NCBI RefSeq assembly: GCF_020745735.1
Contig: NC_083407.1
Coordinates: 89,023,857-89,087,856 of the forward strand
DNA length: 64,000 nucleotides
Source: Hemiscyllium ocellatum
Lineage: Eukaryota
Direction: 5' to 3'
Part shown: positions 50,125 through 63,447 of the stretch, piece by piece
Position numbering within the stretch: the first letter of the stretch is position 1
How the letters are laid out: each line of letters starts with the position of its first letter
Position numbers and translations under genes: made by a program
Notes under the pieces: generated by a model
The model's database searches: none
The model's input: the letters and a program-made list of their open reading frames with translations, nothing else
What the model was told of the DNA's origin: nothing

Positions 50125-51365
50125 GAGTCATAGAGATGTACAGAATGGAAACAGATCCTTCGGTCCAACCCGTCCATGCTGACCAGATATCCCAACCCAA
50201 TCTAGTCCCACCTGCCAGCACCCGGCCCATATCCCTCCAAACCCTTCCTATTCATATACCCATCCAAATGTCTCTTAAATGTTGCAATTGTACCAGCCTC
50301 CATCACTTCCTCTGGCAGCTCATTCCATACACGTACCATCCTCTGCATGAAAACATTGCCCCTTAGGTCTCTTTTATATCTTTCCCCTCTCATTCTAAAC
50401 CTATGCCCTCTAGTTCTGGACTCCCCGACCCCAGGGGGAAAAAACTTTGTCTATTTATCCTATCCATGCCCCTCATAATTTTGTAAACCTCTATAAGGTC
50501 ACCCCTCAGCCTCCGATGCTCCATGGAAAACAGCCCCAGCCTGTTCAGCTTCTCTCTGTAGCTCAGATCCTCCAACCCTGGCAATATCCTTGTAAATCTT
50601 TTCTGAACCCTTTCAAGTTTCACAACATCTTTCCGATAGGAAGGAGACCAGAATTGCACGCAATATTCCAACAGTGGCCTAACCAATATCCTGTACAGCC
50701 GCAACATGACCTCCCAACTCCTGTAGTCAATACTCTTATCAATAAAGGAAAGCATACCAAATGCCTTCTTCACTATCCTATCTACCTGCGACTCCACGTT
50801 CAAGGAGCTACGAACCTGTACTCCAAGGTCTCTTTGTTTAGCAATACTCCCTAGGACCTTACCATTAAGTGTATAAGTCCTGCTAAGATTTGCTTACCCA
50901 AAATGCAGCACTCGCATTTATCTGAATTAAACTCCATCTGCCACTTCTCAGCCCATTGGCCCATCTGGTCCAGATTCTGTTGTAATCTGAGGTAACCCTC
51001 TTTGCTGTCCACTACACCTCCAATTTTGGTGTCATCTGCAAACTTCCTAACTGTATCTCTTATGCTCACATCCAAATCATTTATGTAAATGACAAAAAGT
51101 AGAGGGCCCAGCACTGATCCTTGTGGCACTCCACTAGTCACAGGCCTCCAGTCTGAAAAACAACCCTCCACCAACACCATTACTCTCTGTCTTCTACCTT
51201 TGAGCCAGTTCTGTATCCAAATAGCTAGTTCTCCCTGTATTCCATGAGATCTAACCTTGCTAATCAGTCTCCCATGGGGAACCTTGTCGAACTCCTTACT
51301 GAAGTCCACATAGATCACATCTACTGCTCTGCCATCATCAATCTTCTCTGTTACTTCTTCAAAAT
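50125..51365 (-). mobile_element. CR1 (HER1-like) LINE fragment nested in another CR1 tail
   Basis: YVDFSK.FDKVPH, SGVPQGSVLGP, FADD; 7-bp TSD TGGACTA at 50118-50124 and 51366-51372. Confidence 0.92.
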
Positions 51366-52447
51366 TGGACTAATTGGACCAAAGGGTCTGTTTCCGTGCT
51401 GTAAGACTCTATAATGTTATGATGCTACCACTGTACCACAAGAGTCCTCTTCTCTAATGTTAATCTATTGGATCGTACAAGTGGCGCATGCTTTCAATTA
51501 AGTGGTCTGAGATAGAATGGATTGTGAGACCTTTAAACCCTCATGTCATGTGTTATGACACATTTATGATACCATGAGCATGTTGCTTCAGGGTTTACTA
51601 ACCTACTGATTGTGAGACATAAAATGTCTGCTGTTTATAACCAACTGGTTATGTTACTTCTCCCTCTTCAACACACACAACTGCATTCAACCAAACAAGG
51701 ATCTCTCACTATTGCTACTTAAAGTCACCACCTTTTGGGTGAAGTGATTCTGGTTGCTGATAGAGTGCCAATAGAAGCATTGCATTGTGCTAGGACTTAA
51801 TGTAGATTCATCCAATCAGAAGGAGTGGCATTGATTAATAAAGCCACTAGGTTTGCCAAATCCTATCATCTTTGAAGTTTTAGTTGAAAGCCTCTTGGGT
51901 AGCAGTATTGTACAGACCTGTACACAAAGGAAGGACAGCAACTTTCAACATGAATCTGTACCTTTGTAAAATGCATGTCCTATTAGACACTCACACCACA
52001 TGAATTTATAAAAGGATTGTTAATCCTGCATAATTTTAAGTTGAGCCTTGTGTGTGTACATACGAAGAATTAATATTAGAGAATAATATTCAAATTTGTT
52101 TTAGGTACAGCAGATACAAAAATAATATTTTCTCCCGATCCTGAATCAATATCATTCATGATGCAGTTTGATAGGTACACGACGATGAAAAATTATGGTT
52201 TACAAAGCAATCTAGGATTGTTTGATGAATGCCACTGCTCTTCCAATGAGCCACCATCGGCACAAGATACTGACTGATTTCATTCTGTCCTGTGTTTTGA
52301 AGACACTATGATTCTAACTGTTCTTCACTATGGCATTAAATGACCAACTTGAAAATAGCAAGAATATAACAATGTTGGAATTCTGAGCATTGAGAAACAA
52401 GGCATTCTTGATGTACATGTCCGCAGATCCCTGAAGGTGGGTTGCTT

Positions 52448-54450
52448 TGATTTATTATTGTCACACATCCCCAAGTACAGTGAAAAGTTTTGTTTTGTGT
52501 GCAGTAAAAGCAGATAATCACGTATGAGGACATACAGATCATAGGGTAATTGAACAGAATTCATACAAAGCATACAAAGTTACAGCTGTGCAGAAGAAGT
52601 ACTAAAGCAAGATCAACATTAGATTTGACATTTGAGAGGTCCACTCAGCAGTCCAATGACAGCAGGGAACATACGTCCTTGAACCTGTTTGCACGTATGT
52701 TTAAGCTTCTGTATCTTCTGCCTGATAGAAGAGGTTGGAAGAGAGTATTATCAGGTGGGAGGGGTCTTTGATAATATTGGCTGCCTTTCCTTGGCAATGA
52801 TGGGAAGTTGATTCTGTGTGTTCTGCACTATGTTCACAACTATCTTAGTTTCTTACGGTCCTGGGCAGAGCAGTTGCCATACCAAGTCATGTGATGCACC
52901 GGGCTAGAATGCTTTCTGTGGTGCATCTATAAAGGTTGCTGAGGCTCTTTAGGGATGTGCCGATTATCCATAGCCTCCTGAGGAAGAAGAGGTTTTGTTG
53001 AGCCTTCTTGACCATCACATCTACATGGGAGGTCCAGGATAGGTTGTTGGTTATTGCCACTCCTAGAAACTTAACGCTCTTGACCATCTCCTCCTCAGCT
53101 CTGCTGATGTAGATTGAGGGCATGTCCTCCTCCTTGATTCCTGAAGTTAATGATCAGCTCTTCAGTTTTGCTGAGATTGAGGGAGAGATTATTCTCTTTG
53201 CATCATGTCACCAAGCATTTTATTTCCTTCCTGTATTCTGTCTCATCATTGTTTGATATCCAGCCTACAATGGTGGTGTTGTTAGCAAACTTGTAGTTGG
53301 AGTTCGGATAAAATTTGGTCACACAGTCATGAGTGGACAGGAAGTACTGTAGGATGCTGAGTACACATTCTCACAGGGTGCCAGTGTTGAGGATTAGCGT
53401 GGAGGGGGTGCTGTTGTCAATCCTCACTGAATACGGTCTGTGGGTCAGGAAGTCAAGGATCTAGTTGCTGATGATGGAGCATCAACCTAGCTCTTGGAGT
53501 TTGGAGATTAGTTTGGTGAGGATTATAGTGTTGAAGGCAGAGCTGTAGTTGACAAGTAGAAGCCTGATGTAGGTATCCTTATTATAAAGATGTTCCAGGT
53601 ATGAGTGCAAGATTGGGGAAATGATATCTGTTGTGGACCTGTTGCTCCGGTAAGTGAATGACAAGGGCTTGAGGCAGGCTGGGAGGCTCGAGTTGATGTG
53701 AGCCATGACTATCCTCTCGAAGCATTTCATAATTATAGAGGTCAGAGCCATTGGGTGGTAGCCATTGAGGCACATTACATGTGCTTTCTTTGGTGCCAGG
53801 ATAATAGTGGTGTTCTTGAAGCAGGTGGGGACTTCAGGTTGTAGCAAGGAAAGATTAAAGGTGTCAGCAAATACTCCCACCAGCTGGTTCACACAGGATC
53901 TAAGTGCACAGCCAGGGATTCCATCCAGGCCAGTCGCTTTCTATGAGTTCACTCTCAAGAAGGTCAATCAGACGTCTACAGCGGTGATTGAGGGAATAAT
54001 TCCCTCTGGGACTGCTGGGGCAGATGTCACCATTTCACTTGCATTCTGCTCGAACTGAGCCTAAAAAGCATTGTGCGCATCAGGGAGGGATATGTTTTTT
54101 GTCTGCTATTCTGCTCTACCTCATTTTGTATCCCGTGATGTAGTGTAGGCCTTGCTACAGACAGCAGGAGTCCAAGTCGTAGGTTTGGTTCTCTAACTTA
54201 GTGCGGTATTGCCTTTTGGTGTCTCTAATGGCCTTGCGGAGGTGATATCTAGATTTCCTGTAAAAGTCTGGGTTGTCTAACTTGAACACCCGAAGCCTGG
54301 TTTTCAGTAAGCAATAGATTTCCTGGTTAATCCAAGATTTCCGGTTGGGGAACATACAGATTGACTTCTTTGGCACACAGTCTTCTGTGCCCTTGCTAAT
54401 GAAGTCTGTGACAGTAGTGGCGTACTTGTCTGGATTGGTCACTGAATTCT
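52448..54450 (-). mobile_element. Rex1/Babar LINE fragment
   Basis: FNLSLLQ.EVPTCFK.TTII..PKK, ALTSIIMKCFER, SSAFNTI, KFLGV.I.NNLSW. Confidence 0.85.
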
Positions 54451-54544
54451 TGAAAGGGTGTTGAAGAAAACAAACAGGACACTTGCCTTCATTAACCAAG
54501 GTGTAAAATACAAGAGTAAGAAAGTCTTGTTTCAATCACAGATG

Positions 54545-55358
54545 GATTACTCCCCACCCATATCAGCGTTCTGCAGAGACTAATCCCTCCGCGACTCCTT
54601 TGTCAGATCCACACCTCCCACCAGCCCACCCCACATTCCTAGCACTTCCCCTGCCACCACAGGAAGTGCATAACCTGCACCCATACCTCCCCCCCTCACC
54701 TCTGTCCAAGGCTTCAAAGGATCCTTCCACATCTAACAGAAATTTACCTGTACCTCCACAAATATAATCTACTGTATCCGTTGCACCCGATGTGGTCTCC
54801 TCTACATTGGGGAAACAGGACGTCAACTTGCGGATCATTTCAGAGAATATCTCTGGGACACCCATATCAACCAACCCCACCGCCCTGTGGCTGAACACTT
54901 CAACTTCCCCTTCCACTCTGCCAGGGTCATGCATGTCCTGGGCCTCCTCCATCACCACTCCCTTACCACTCGACGCCCAGAGGAAAACACCTTATCTTCT
55001 GCCTTGGAACCCCACAACCACATGGGATCAATGTGGATTTCACTGATTTCCTCATTTCCGTTCCCCTCACACTATTCCAGTCCCAAGATCCAATTCAACA
55101 CTGCCCTCTTGACCTGCCTATCATCTTTCCCATCTATCCGCTCCACCCTCCTCTCCATCCTGACACCATCTCCCCCACCTTCATTTATTGCAATCTCAGC
55201 AACTTTTCCCCTAGCTCCACCGCCCTTCCAATTATCTCTCAGTCCCCCTTGCCCACAAGCCTCATTTCAAATGAAGGACTTTTGCCTGAAACGTTGATTG
55301 TCCTACTCCTCGGATGCTGCCTGACTTGCTGTGCTTTTCCAGCACCACAATCTTGACT
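54545..55358 (+). mobile_element. decayed PLE 3' fragment
   Basis: GIY-YIG region homologous to 47280-47800; degenerate HHR at about 55265-55300; tail CTGCCTGACTTGCTGTGCTTTTCCAGCACC. Confidence 0.85.
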
Positions 55359-55369
55359 TTTGCCAGTCA

Positions 55370-56950
55370 GCCATTCCTTTATTCATGTCAGTAGATGCCC
55401 CTGACATCATGGGCTCTTGTCTTATTTAGCAGCAGTGTTGCATCTTGTCAAAGAACTCCTGGAAATCCAAATAGATTATGTCCACTAGTTCTCATTTGTC
55501 TAACTTGCTCATTACTTCCGTAAAGAATTCTAACAGATTTATCGGGCATAATCCCCACTTGATGAAGTTGTGCTGACTCAGCCCTATTTTACCATGTACT
55601 TTCAAGTACACCACAATCTCAACCTGACAATAGACTCTAAAATCTTATCAATGACCAAGGTCAGGCTAACTGGCTTATAGTTTCCTGTCTTCTGTCCTCT
55701 TTCCCTTCTTAAACAGGGGTGTTACACATTATGCAGTCCTTTTGGACCCTCCCTGACCCCTGTGATTCCTGAAAGATCATCACCAATGTCTCTACAACCT
55801 CTTTCTGAACTCTAGAGTGTAGTTCATCTGGTTGAGGTGATTTCAGACCTTACAGCTTCCCCAGCACCTCCTTAGTGACAAAAATAGAAATTGCTGGAAA
55901 AGCTCAGCAGGTCTGGCAGCATCTGTGGAGAGAGATCAAAGTTAACGTTTTGGGTTGAGTGACCCTTCTTCAGAACTTCTTCAGAACTTGCCCTCATATT
56001 TCATCTTCTTGCCCCTTATTGCTTGTTAGTTGTCCTCTGCTGGTATTTAAAGGCTTCCCATTAATCATCACTACATATATGCTTTTGTTTTTGCTTTTAC
56101 ACTTCCCAATTTCCCTTCTCAGCTATGGTTGCCTTGTCTTCCCCTTAGTATGTTTCTTCTTCCCTGGAATGAATTTCTGCAGTGTTTCCCGAATTACCCT
56201 CAGAAACTCCTACCATTGCTACTCCACTGTCTTCCCTTTCAATCGACTCTGGCCAGCTCCTCCCTCATGTCTTTGTGGTTGCTGTTACTCAACTGTAATA
56301 CCATGACACTTGATTCCAGATTCTGCCTCTCAAACTGCAGGGTGAATACTATCATGTAATGGTCACCGCCCCCTGGGAGTTCCTTCACCTTCAGCTCCCT
56401 AATCAGGTCTACCTTATCATGGATCACCAAATCCAGATTTGTTCCCTAGTGGACGAACCACATGCTGCTCTAAAAAAAAATCTCCTGGTATTTCATGAAT
56501 TCCTTTTCTCAAGATCCACTACCAATCTGGTTTTCCCAGTCCGCCTACATATTGAAGTCCTCCATGATTATTGTAATAGTACCTTTTTTACGTGTATTTT
56601 GTGTTTCCCAAATTATTTTCTGTTCCACATCCTGACTACTGCTAGGAAACTTGTACATAGCTCTCATTAAAGTCTTTTCGGCCTTTACGGTTCCTCAACT
56701 GACTCTACATCCCCCAATGTTATGTCACTTCTCGCTATTGATTTAAATTCATTTCTTACCAACAAGGCAAGCTTACCCTCTCTGTTTGTCTGCCTGTCCT
56801 TTCAATAAAACATGTATCCTTGGGTATTTAGGTTCCAGCCCTAATCCCTTTGCAGCAATGTCTCTGTGACGCCCGCAACATCGTACCCACCGATTTCAAT
56901 CTGCGCTACAAGCTCATTTACCTTGGTTCATATACTGTGCACGCATTTAA
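55370..56950 (-). mobile_element. CR1 LINE relic (endonuclease/RT parts, deleted)
   Basis: DLIRELKVKELPGGGDHYMIVF; NYKPVSLT; DFQEFFDK. Confidence 0.7.
55877..55989 (-). mobile_element. PLE pLTR relic with HHR (AGTT/AACT stem I family)
   Basis: Minus strand AGTT-CTGAAGA-AGGGTC-ACTC-AACCC-AAAAC-GTT-AACT at 55940-55977. Confidence 0.7.
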
Positions 56951-57684
56951 GTACTGGCTGCTTCTCTTCTCATAGTAGCTCCCTTGTCTGCTGCATCTGA
57001 AATAAGATTCAAGACCTTTTTCATACTGTCTGACCTATTACTTGTTCTGGAAACTTTAATATCCTCTACTGAGTCCTCCCCTCGGCCTTTAACTTTTTCC
57101 TTAATTTTTCATGCAACTGAATCCATGTCTCTGGATTCACATTACTGGTTGCGCAGACACTTGTCTGGAAGCTCATATCATTATCATTCACCCAATCTTC
57201 TTAGGTTTCAGTAGTATGCACAGGGTTACCATCAGTGTATTGAATATATAGCCTTACCACATAAGGGAAAATTAAATACAGTTATTGTCCAATAATCACC
57301 TAAAAATCCACATAAATCCAAATAGAATTTCCTAGATTTTCATTTTGTTGGCCCAGAAATCAAATTTATTGCTATTCATTTTTTTTAAAGGATCAATGTC
57401 CGTTAGCTAGATGACACTTTCTGAATAAATTATGCTACAAGTCATGATACTTTTCCCAAAATATGATGGGGGCATCAGCTACCTGAATGAGTAGTCGCTT
57501 ATTTAATTGGAAGCTACATTGCAGAATTATTATTAATTTGACAGTGAAAATATATTTCTCCATGATTATTATAATTTCATGATAATACACTGTCTCCAAC
57601 AGTGTAAACAAATAAGTGTAAACAGTGTAAACAGATAAACAAAAACATGACTCAGAAACAAAAATCAGTTCTGCTGATAGCACA

Positions 57685-57690
57685 TTTATT
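57685..57690 (-). terminator. polyadenylation signal, gene 4
   Basis: AATAAA about 50 nt after the stop. Confidence 0.8.
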
Positions 57691-57738
57691 ATATTTCAGA
57701 ATAATACAGTATGTCAGAATTCAGGTTTCAACAACAAT

Positions 57739-58014
57739 CTAGAAATCCCTCATGCGCCTGAAAGATCCGATAGTTGAGCTGTAGCCTCCCCAGTCACTGT
57801 ATCTCCTGTATTCACCGGGTCTCATGAAGTACTGTCGCCCTCTGTAGTGGGGATGTTCATAGAAGATCCAGTAACCGTCCATCACATGGCAGGAGTGGAT
57901 GTCACGGTAACGGAAACGATCATAGACAGATGGACAGTCATCCATGAATTCCATCATCTGCCCTCCAAAGTCAGGCCTCTCGTAAATCTTAATTCTGTAG
58001 GTGCCTCCTCGGTA
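57739..58014 (-). CDS. gamma-crystallin gene 4, exon 3
   Basis: TTCCAG acceptor; 276 nt [16 protein letters not shown]...HSCHVMDG...EHPHYRG...RRMRDF then TAG. Confidence 0.96.
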   Translation of the reverse strand, partial: YRGGTYRIKIYERPDFGGQMMEFMDDCPSVYDRFRYRDIHSCHVMDGYWIFYEHPHYRGRQYFMRPGEYRRYSDWGGYSSTIGSFRRMRDF

Positions 58015-59179
58015 CTGGAATGGACAATGTAAAACATGTGTTAAAACTATCTGTTAAAACAAGAAAATGTGTGCAGACCGTATATTACCAAAGACAGAAG
58101 TTAAAATTGATTTAGAAATATAGATTACTGGCCATTGATTAAAAGTTTCCACTTGCAGTTAAACCATTAGAAGCAATGCAGATAGCATATGAAACTGAAA
58201 CAAAATACAGTATAATGTATCATAACTTGGTATTCTAACTGCAAGGAGATCATCACTGAAATTATAGATGAATTCTTACTGGTAGTTCATTGTTGCTGGA
58301 GAAGAGTGACTCAAATTCCACCTTGCAAAGAAAGGTGTCTCGATTATGAAGTGAGAGAAACCAAACTGACCATCAATTCATTGGATAAAGCGAGTGACTA
58401 AATAAGGCATGATCCACTTGTTAAAGTGCTAATGGGTAGCTAGCTACCTCCTTTAACCTGTAAATATCTTCATCAGATGGGGATCAAAGGAAACGACTGA
58501 ATCTTCCACTAGGAGATTAGTCAAGTTTGTTCAAGTTCAAAGCTGGGTGAAGTTTCTATCTGTTAGGTGAAGTATTGGCCTAATAATGGCATTCACCATG
58601 CCTGAACAACTTTCCAAAACCCACAGATTCAGCCAACATTTCAATTACAAAAATTGAAGCAAACAAAAATAAATTGCTAATGTTTACCTACAGGTCACCT
58701 CTGCACAATCTATTCAGGAATGCATGTGAAATACTTGTCACCCTGGTCAAACTCACCAGGCGTGTATTTGGAGAAGTACAAAAGGAATATAATGAAGCTT
58801 TTGCACATTGATACATCAATTTTCCTGCTTACTTAGTACAATTTTACAACAAATTAGAATCATGCCAATACAAAACAGACAATTTTTTTCCTTCTACATT
58901 CCCAATTCTGGTTGCTGTTTGTAATACCTCAATCTTTTTTCGAACATATGAAATAAGATGCAGCCAGCAAAATTAAAATATAGATTTGTCACTAATGATA
59001 GAAAAAGAGGAAATAAATTTAATAATTCAATTATTATAAAGGTCAATTTCATTATTGATGAAGGTTTTGGAAATATAAGGTATGGAAAAAATTTGATGTC
59101 TTATAAGAGAAATAAAGCATGTCATCAAATGATTGGAAATGTCTGTTCATCATGCATTTAACAGGTTCATTAAACTTAC

Positions 59180-59422
59180 CTGTGGGTAGGAGCGACATGA
59201 CCTGACACAGTCATTGAATCCCATCCAGCGCTGGTAGTCAGGATACTCTCCCCTGGTCAGAACATACTGGTATCCCATGTAATTGGGTTTCTCATACAGC
59301 ACCCACCAGTCACTCTCAACACGGATGGAGTTACAGCGGCTGAAGTAAGGGGATAGGTCAGCACAGTCACTGCTGCACTCATAGTGCCGTCCCTGGAAGT
59401 TCCTGTCCTCGTAAAAGATGAT
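59180..59422 (-). CDS. gamma-crystallin gene 4, exon 2
   Basis: TAG acceptor; 243 nt encoding the same protein as gene 2 exon 2; GTAAG donor. Confidence 0.96.
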
Positions 59423-59517
59423 CTATGGGAATTATACAACTGTGTCAATAATTGTCTTAATTTAAGATTTTATAAAACATTATTAGCAGATGTGAATAAT
59501 ATCTAGGTTGACCTTAC

Positions 59518-59526
59518 CTTGCCCAT
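59518..59526 (-). CDS. gamma-crystallin gene 4, coding exon 1 (MGK)
   Basis: ATG GGC AAG followed by a GTAAGG donor; TATAAA at 59590-59595. Confidence 0.94.
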
Positions 59527-59549
59527 TTTGAGCTTTCCAGTGAGTGAAC

Positions 59550-59780
59550 CAGCTTCCTGAGATGTAGCACTGTTCTGGCCAGCTTGATATTTATACCCTG
59601 GACCGAAACACTACTGAAGGGAATACTTTTGTTATTCTAATGGTTTCGACAGCGTATATCAGCAAAATGACAAATTAGAAAAATAAAGACCTATAATCAT
59701 TACAAATAAAATCCCCTTACTCAGGGTTATTGATAGGGCTGATTCTTCTCATTCTGCTTTTATGTGGTTTCAATTGTTCC
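59550..59780 (-). promoter_or_regulatory. gene 4 promoter (conserved block)
   Basis: TATAAA 59590-59595; AACAAAAG 59626-59633; TGCTGA 59659-59664; AACAAT 59773-59778. Confidence 0.8.
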
Positions 59781-60479
59781 TGAAAACATTCGAATGGCTC
59801 GAATCCAAGTTCAGTTGTGTTGAGTCCAGTAAAGGTATTGTCACTTTGTTGATCTGCTTTATAACTTTGTTTTCAAGAATGGATTGGTATTCTCTGTTTC
59901 TGAATATTAAGTAGATTTTATTGTAACAACTGCAAACAAATATTCAGCTTCATGCATTATCTGTACATTGCTGTAGTGTGTCATGGAAATTGCAATGTTT
60001 TTCTTCATTCTGGCAATGCAATCAGCATTATTTTGTACCAGGTTTGTTTTTGTATAATGTACTTGGAGGAGCTATGTGGAATGTTACAGCAGCATTGTCT
60101 GTTTGTGTAAAAGTAATGTGAAAGCTCATTAGGGGATTGGAAGGGTTTCTTGTCTGATTAAAGTTGGTAGGGATGAGTTTTAAAGATTAGTGCAGCCTTG
60201 AGGCTGTTATTGTTTTGAGGGAGAGCGTTTATGTGAACTCCTGCCTCTGGCCCAGAGGGATAATTGATGGAACCAGAAAACTAGCACTACATGAGGAAGA
60301 AAAGGAAGGGCCTCTTTCCAAAGGATGACAGGAGGAGGCCACCTTGACATGCTCTCATCGTCTCCCTTTTTGCTTCCATCTATCCTACCTCCTGCTCTTC
60401 TTCAACGTATTGATCTCTTCCTGGCTCTCACCATTGCAATGTGGACGCCTCTTCAGATAGTAACAGGAAGTTATTCCAG

Positions 60480-60700
60480 GACAGATGCAGCAGGAATCTG
60501 ACCCAGGTCCTCTAAGTCTACAAGGTGCTCAACAGTTGTGTTCCTGATGTGTATTGCAACATCAGTCAAGAGGGCATCTGTCACCTGGGTGATACACTGG
60601 TATGCAAGTACCTGTGAGATACCATAAAGTTCTCACTGTTGTGGGCATTATTGACAGTGATCATCTGCCTCAAAAGTCAGAAGACCAGAGAAGAGGAATA
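60480..60700 (-). pseudogene. Harbinger transposase relic
   Basis: GISQVLAYQCITQVTDA resembles the HARBI1 HTH motif GISQ....CI..VTDA. Confidence 0.45.
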
Positions 60701-63447
60701 AAGGTCAGAAAGGAGAAGGAGACATTACCCTGAGCTCAAGATGTACATATTGAGGTAGATGACTGAGGTGACAAATGTCAACCTGGACTCTTTGGGCTGA
60801 ATTTTCGTTCCTCAATGCTGATGAACAGACATTGGGGGGACTACATGAAAGTACATGGAGACACAGTTTCATGCTTATCTCCAATTCCAGCCCCCTGCCA
60901 TTTTCCCAATTTAGAAAATGTAACCGATTGCAATCCGACACACACTCAAAGTGAATGTTTGCTATTTAAGTAGTCATTCCAAATTAAATTTTCACTTAGA
61001 CTGTCATTATGCAGACAAATAGGTTTTTGAAAGCTTGGAGATGATGCCTGGTAAGCCAGTTTGAAAATCTTGGGATAAGTCTGGTGTGGAGTCAAAAGCC
61101 TTCTGGTAGGTAAGTTTAAAAGTTCTTGTCAACTTCAACAGTCATTATTAGATATTTTCTAAAATGTTAAATATATTATTTACGTCATGATTATTCATAA
61201 CACTGTTTCATTTAAAGTTAAAAGACCATTCCATTTACCAGCACTGTGTAAGAGTTTACATCCTTTGGAGTTATTTCTGCAGTGGGTAAAGTTCTCCTTC
61301 TGCATTCTGTAGGGTCAGATATGAATGCAAGTATGGAACCCCGCAGTTCAATTTCACACTGTCCTGATACTTGCTGAATCTTTCATGCATTTTTCCAACA
61401 AAAAAAGACAAATTTGGGAAAAGCTCATGAAATATAGAACAAGACAAACAACATTTAAGTTCTGTTTGATAAATATTGTCACAAAACTCTTGATCAAACA
61501 TAACCCAGTGAAAGTCGGATTGAAAAGAAATCTTTAATCTACTTAACATCTTGCAATCTTGTGCAAATAAATAAGTAGATATTGAGCAACCACACCAAAG
61601 AAAGACAAAGCTTTCCAAGCGCAAAAAGTTATAAAACAAAACCAGCAGTCCATTTCATCTGTGTAAACAATTCCTCTGCAGTGTGGTTTGGAATTCAGCT
61701 GAACTTTCATAATGACACTGCCTGGCAACTGTACCAACAATGGTCAGTTGAACAGATGGATGAAAACCTGTTTTGCCAAAATGTTTTATAATGAATGCTT
61801 TGTTTAGCTCTAAGATACCTTTATTCAATTCATTTTACTGAGAATTGTTTACAGAGCTGCAAAGTAGATGTATACTGGCTAATTAATGAGTGGTCATGGA
61901 AAATGAATGAGGGAAGGGGGACAAAGAATGAACAGAAGATTTGAGAGAATATGTAAACATGTACGGAGCATTGGGTTTAGGTGGTGAGGTGAGGTCATAA
62001 CATCATAAATACAACTTAGCTGATGTCCCAGAGAATAGAAGTGGGCTTCCCCTTCTGTTGCCCTCTCTATTGTGGCTTTGGAGCTGCCTCAGATTGTAGA
62101 AACCCCAATGTCAGCCTACCTCCAACTTCTGAAGGCCAAAATTCCATTGGCAGGTTTGCCTTATTGATGCCAGGAATGCAACATAGGGAAGTCTACCAAC
62201 TTGTATCCTGAAACAAAAATAAAAATAAAGCCCCTAATTGAAAATGGCTACAATTTCCGATAGTGCTGAACCCATTTTAGCTGTAGTCTGCCTCATGATG
62301 GACTGGAGTCTGAACAGCTCTGACACCTCGCTGTTGAGGTAATGCCAAGGGAGTAACAATGTTTAAACTTGCAAAATTCTTAATGATGGCTTCTGTCTTG
62401 GCTGGTCTGCTGCAATTTAAATGTTTGATAATTTTAAAATGTTTAAAAATTTTGGCTAATTTGGTCTAATTCAGACAGGCTGCTAATCTTCAGACTTCAT
62501 AGGAAAAATTGCAATAATTAGGAAACAGGCTTTTTAAGTAGTCCATGGCATTGTTATTTAGCCTCAGAATTAGTGTGGGCAGATTTGGAGGCTCAAATTC
62601 TCCCCTGACCCTATGGGAAGATTGGAGAGGATGGAAGTGGAAGTGGGACTTAAGATCACATGACATTGCAACTATTACTTTTACCAACCCAACTCAGTTC
62701 AACCCAATCAAGGCCAGAAAAGTCTGGGCTAATGAAAAATTGAAGCTATGAAGATGCTGAGAAAACAATCCCTTTTTGTAACTTGGAAAGTGAGCAAACG
62801 TAGGAAATTAAGTGTAGAGGCAATGGAAAAGCATTCTAATTAGCAGGATGTAACTATAGGTGTCCCTCATGCATCTGCATTGTCACCATAACACTTCATA
62901 ATTTACAAAGAATAGAAATTCAAATATCCAAATGAGCCCACGATCCAAAGTTTGAAAACTTATATTTAATGCATACAGAAGCATACATTTACAATGACAG
63001 AAATAAGTCACTGGTTAAAACTATGGAAAATAAGTTTCAATGCAGGCAAATGTGAGGCCCTCTATCTTGGGCCTAAAAGGATTGAACAAGGTCTTTGATA
63101 ATCAATCAAAATCTAGAACAAGGGGGAAGTAAAGTAAAGAGAGCTCAAGAACTCAATAAGAGCCATGAAGCTACATAGATAGTAAAAGGAAAAATGTTAG
63201 GATTTATGTCTACAGGGCAGAATACATGGAGGGCAGAATTTATGCCAGTTGTACAAAGCACAGTTTAGACCACACTAGAACTAATTCTAGGCATTATGCC
63301 ATGCAAAGGTATATTGAATTTGGAGGAAGTGCAGTGTAGATTGAACAAAAAGATTACTCGACTCCAGGCAAATGTGACAAAATCACAGAAGCCCTCAGAA
63401 ATTCAATGTCCACCCCCATAACATCTCATTTCCAAATTTAAACAAGG

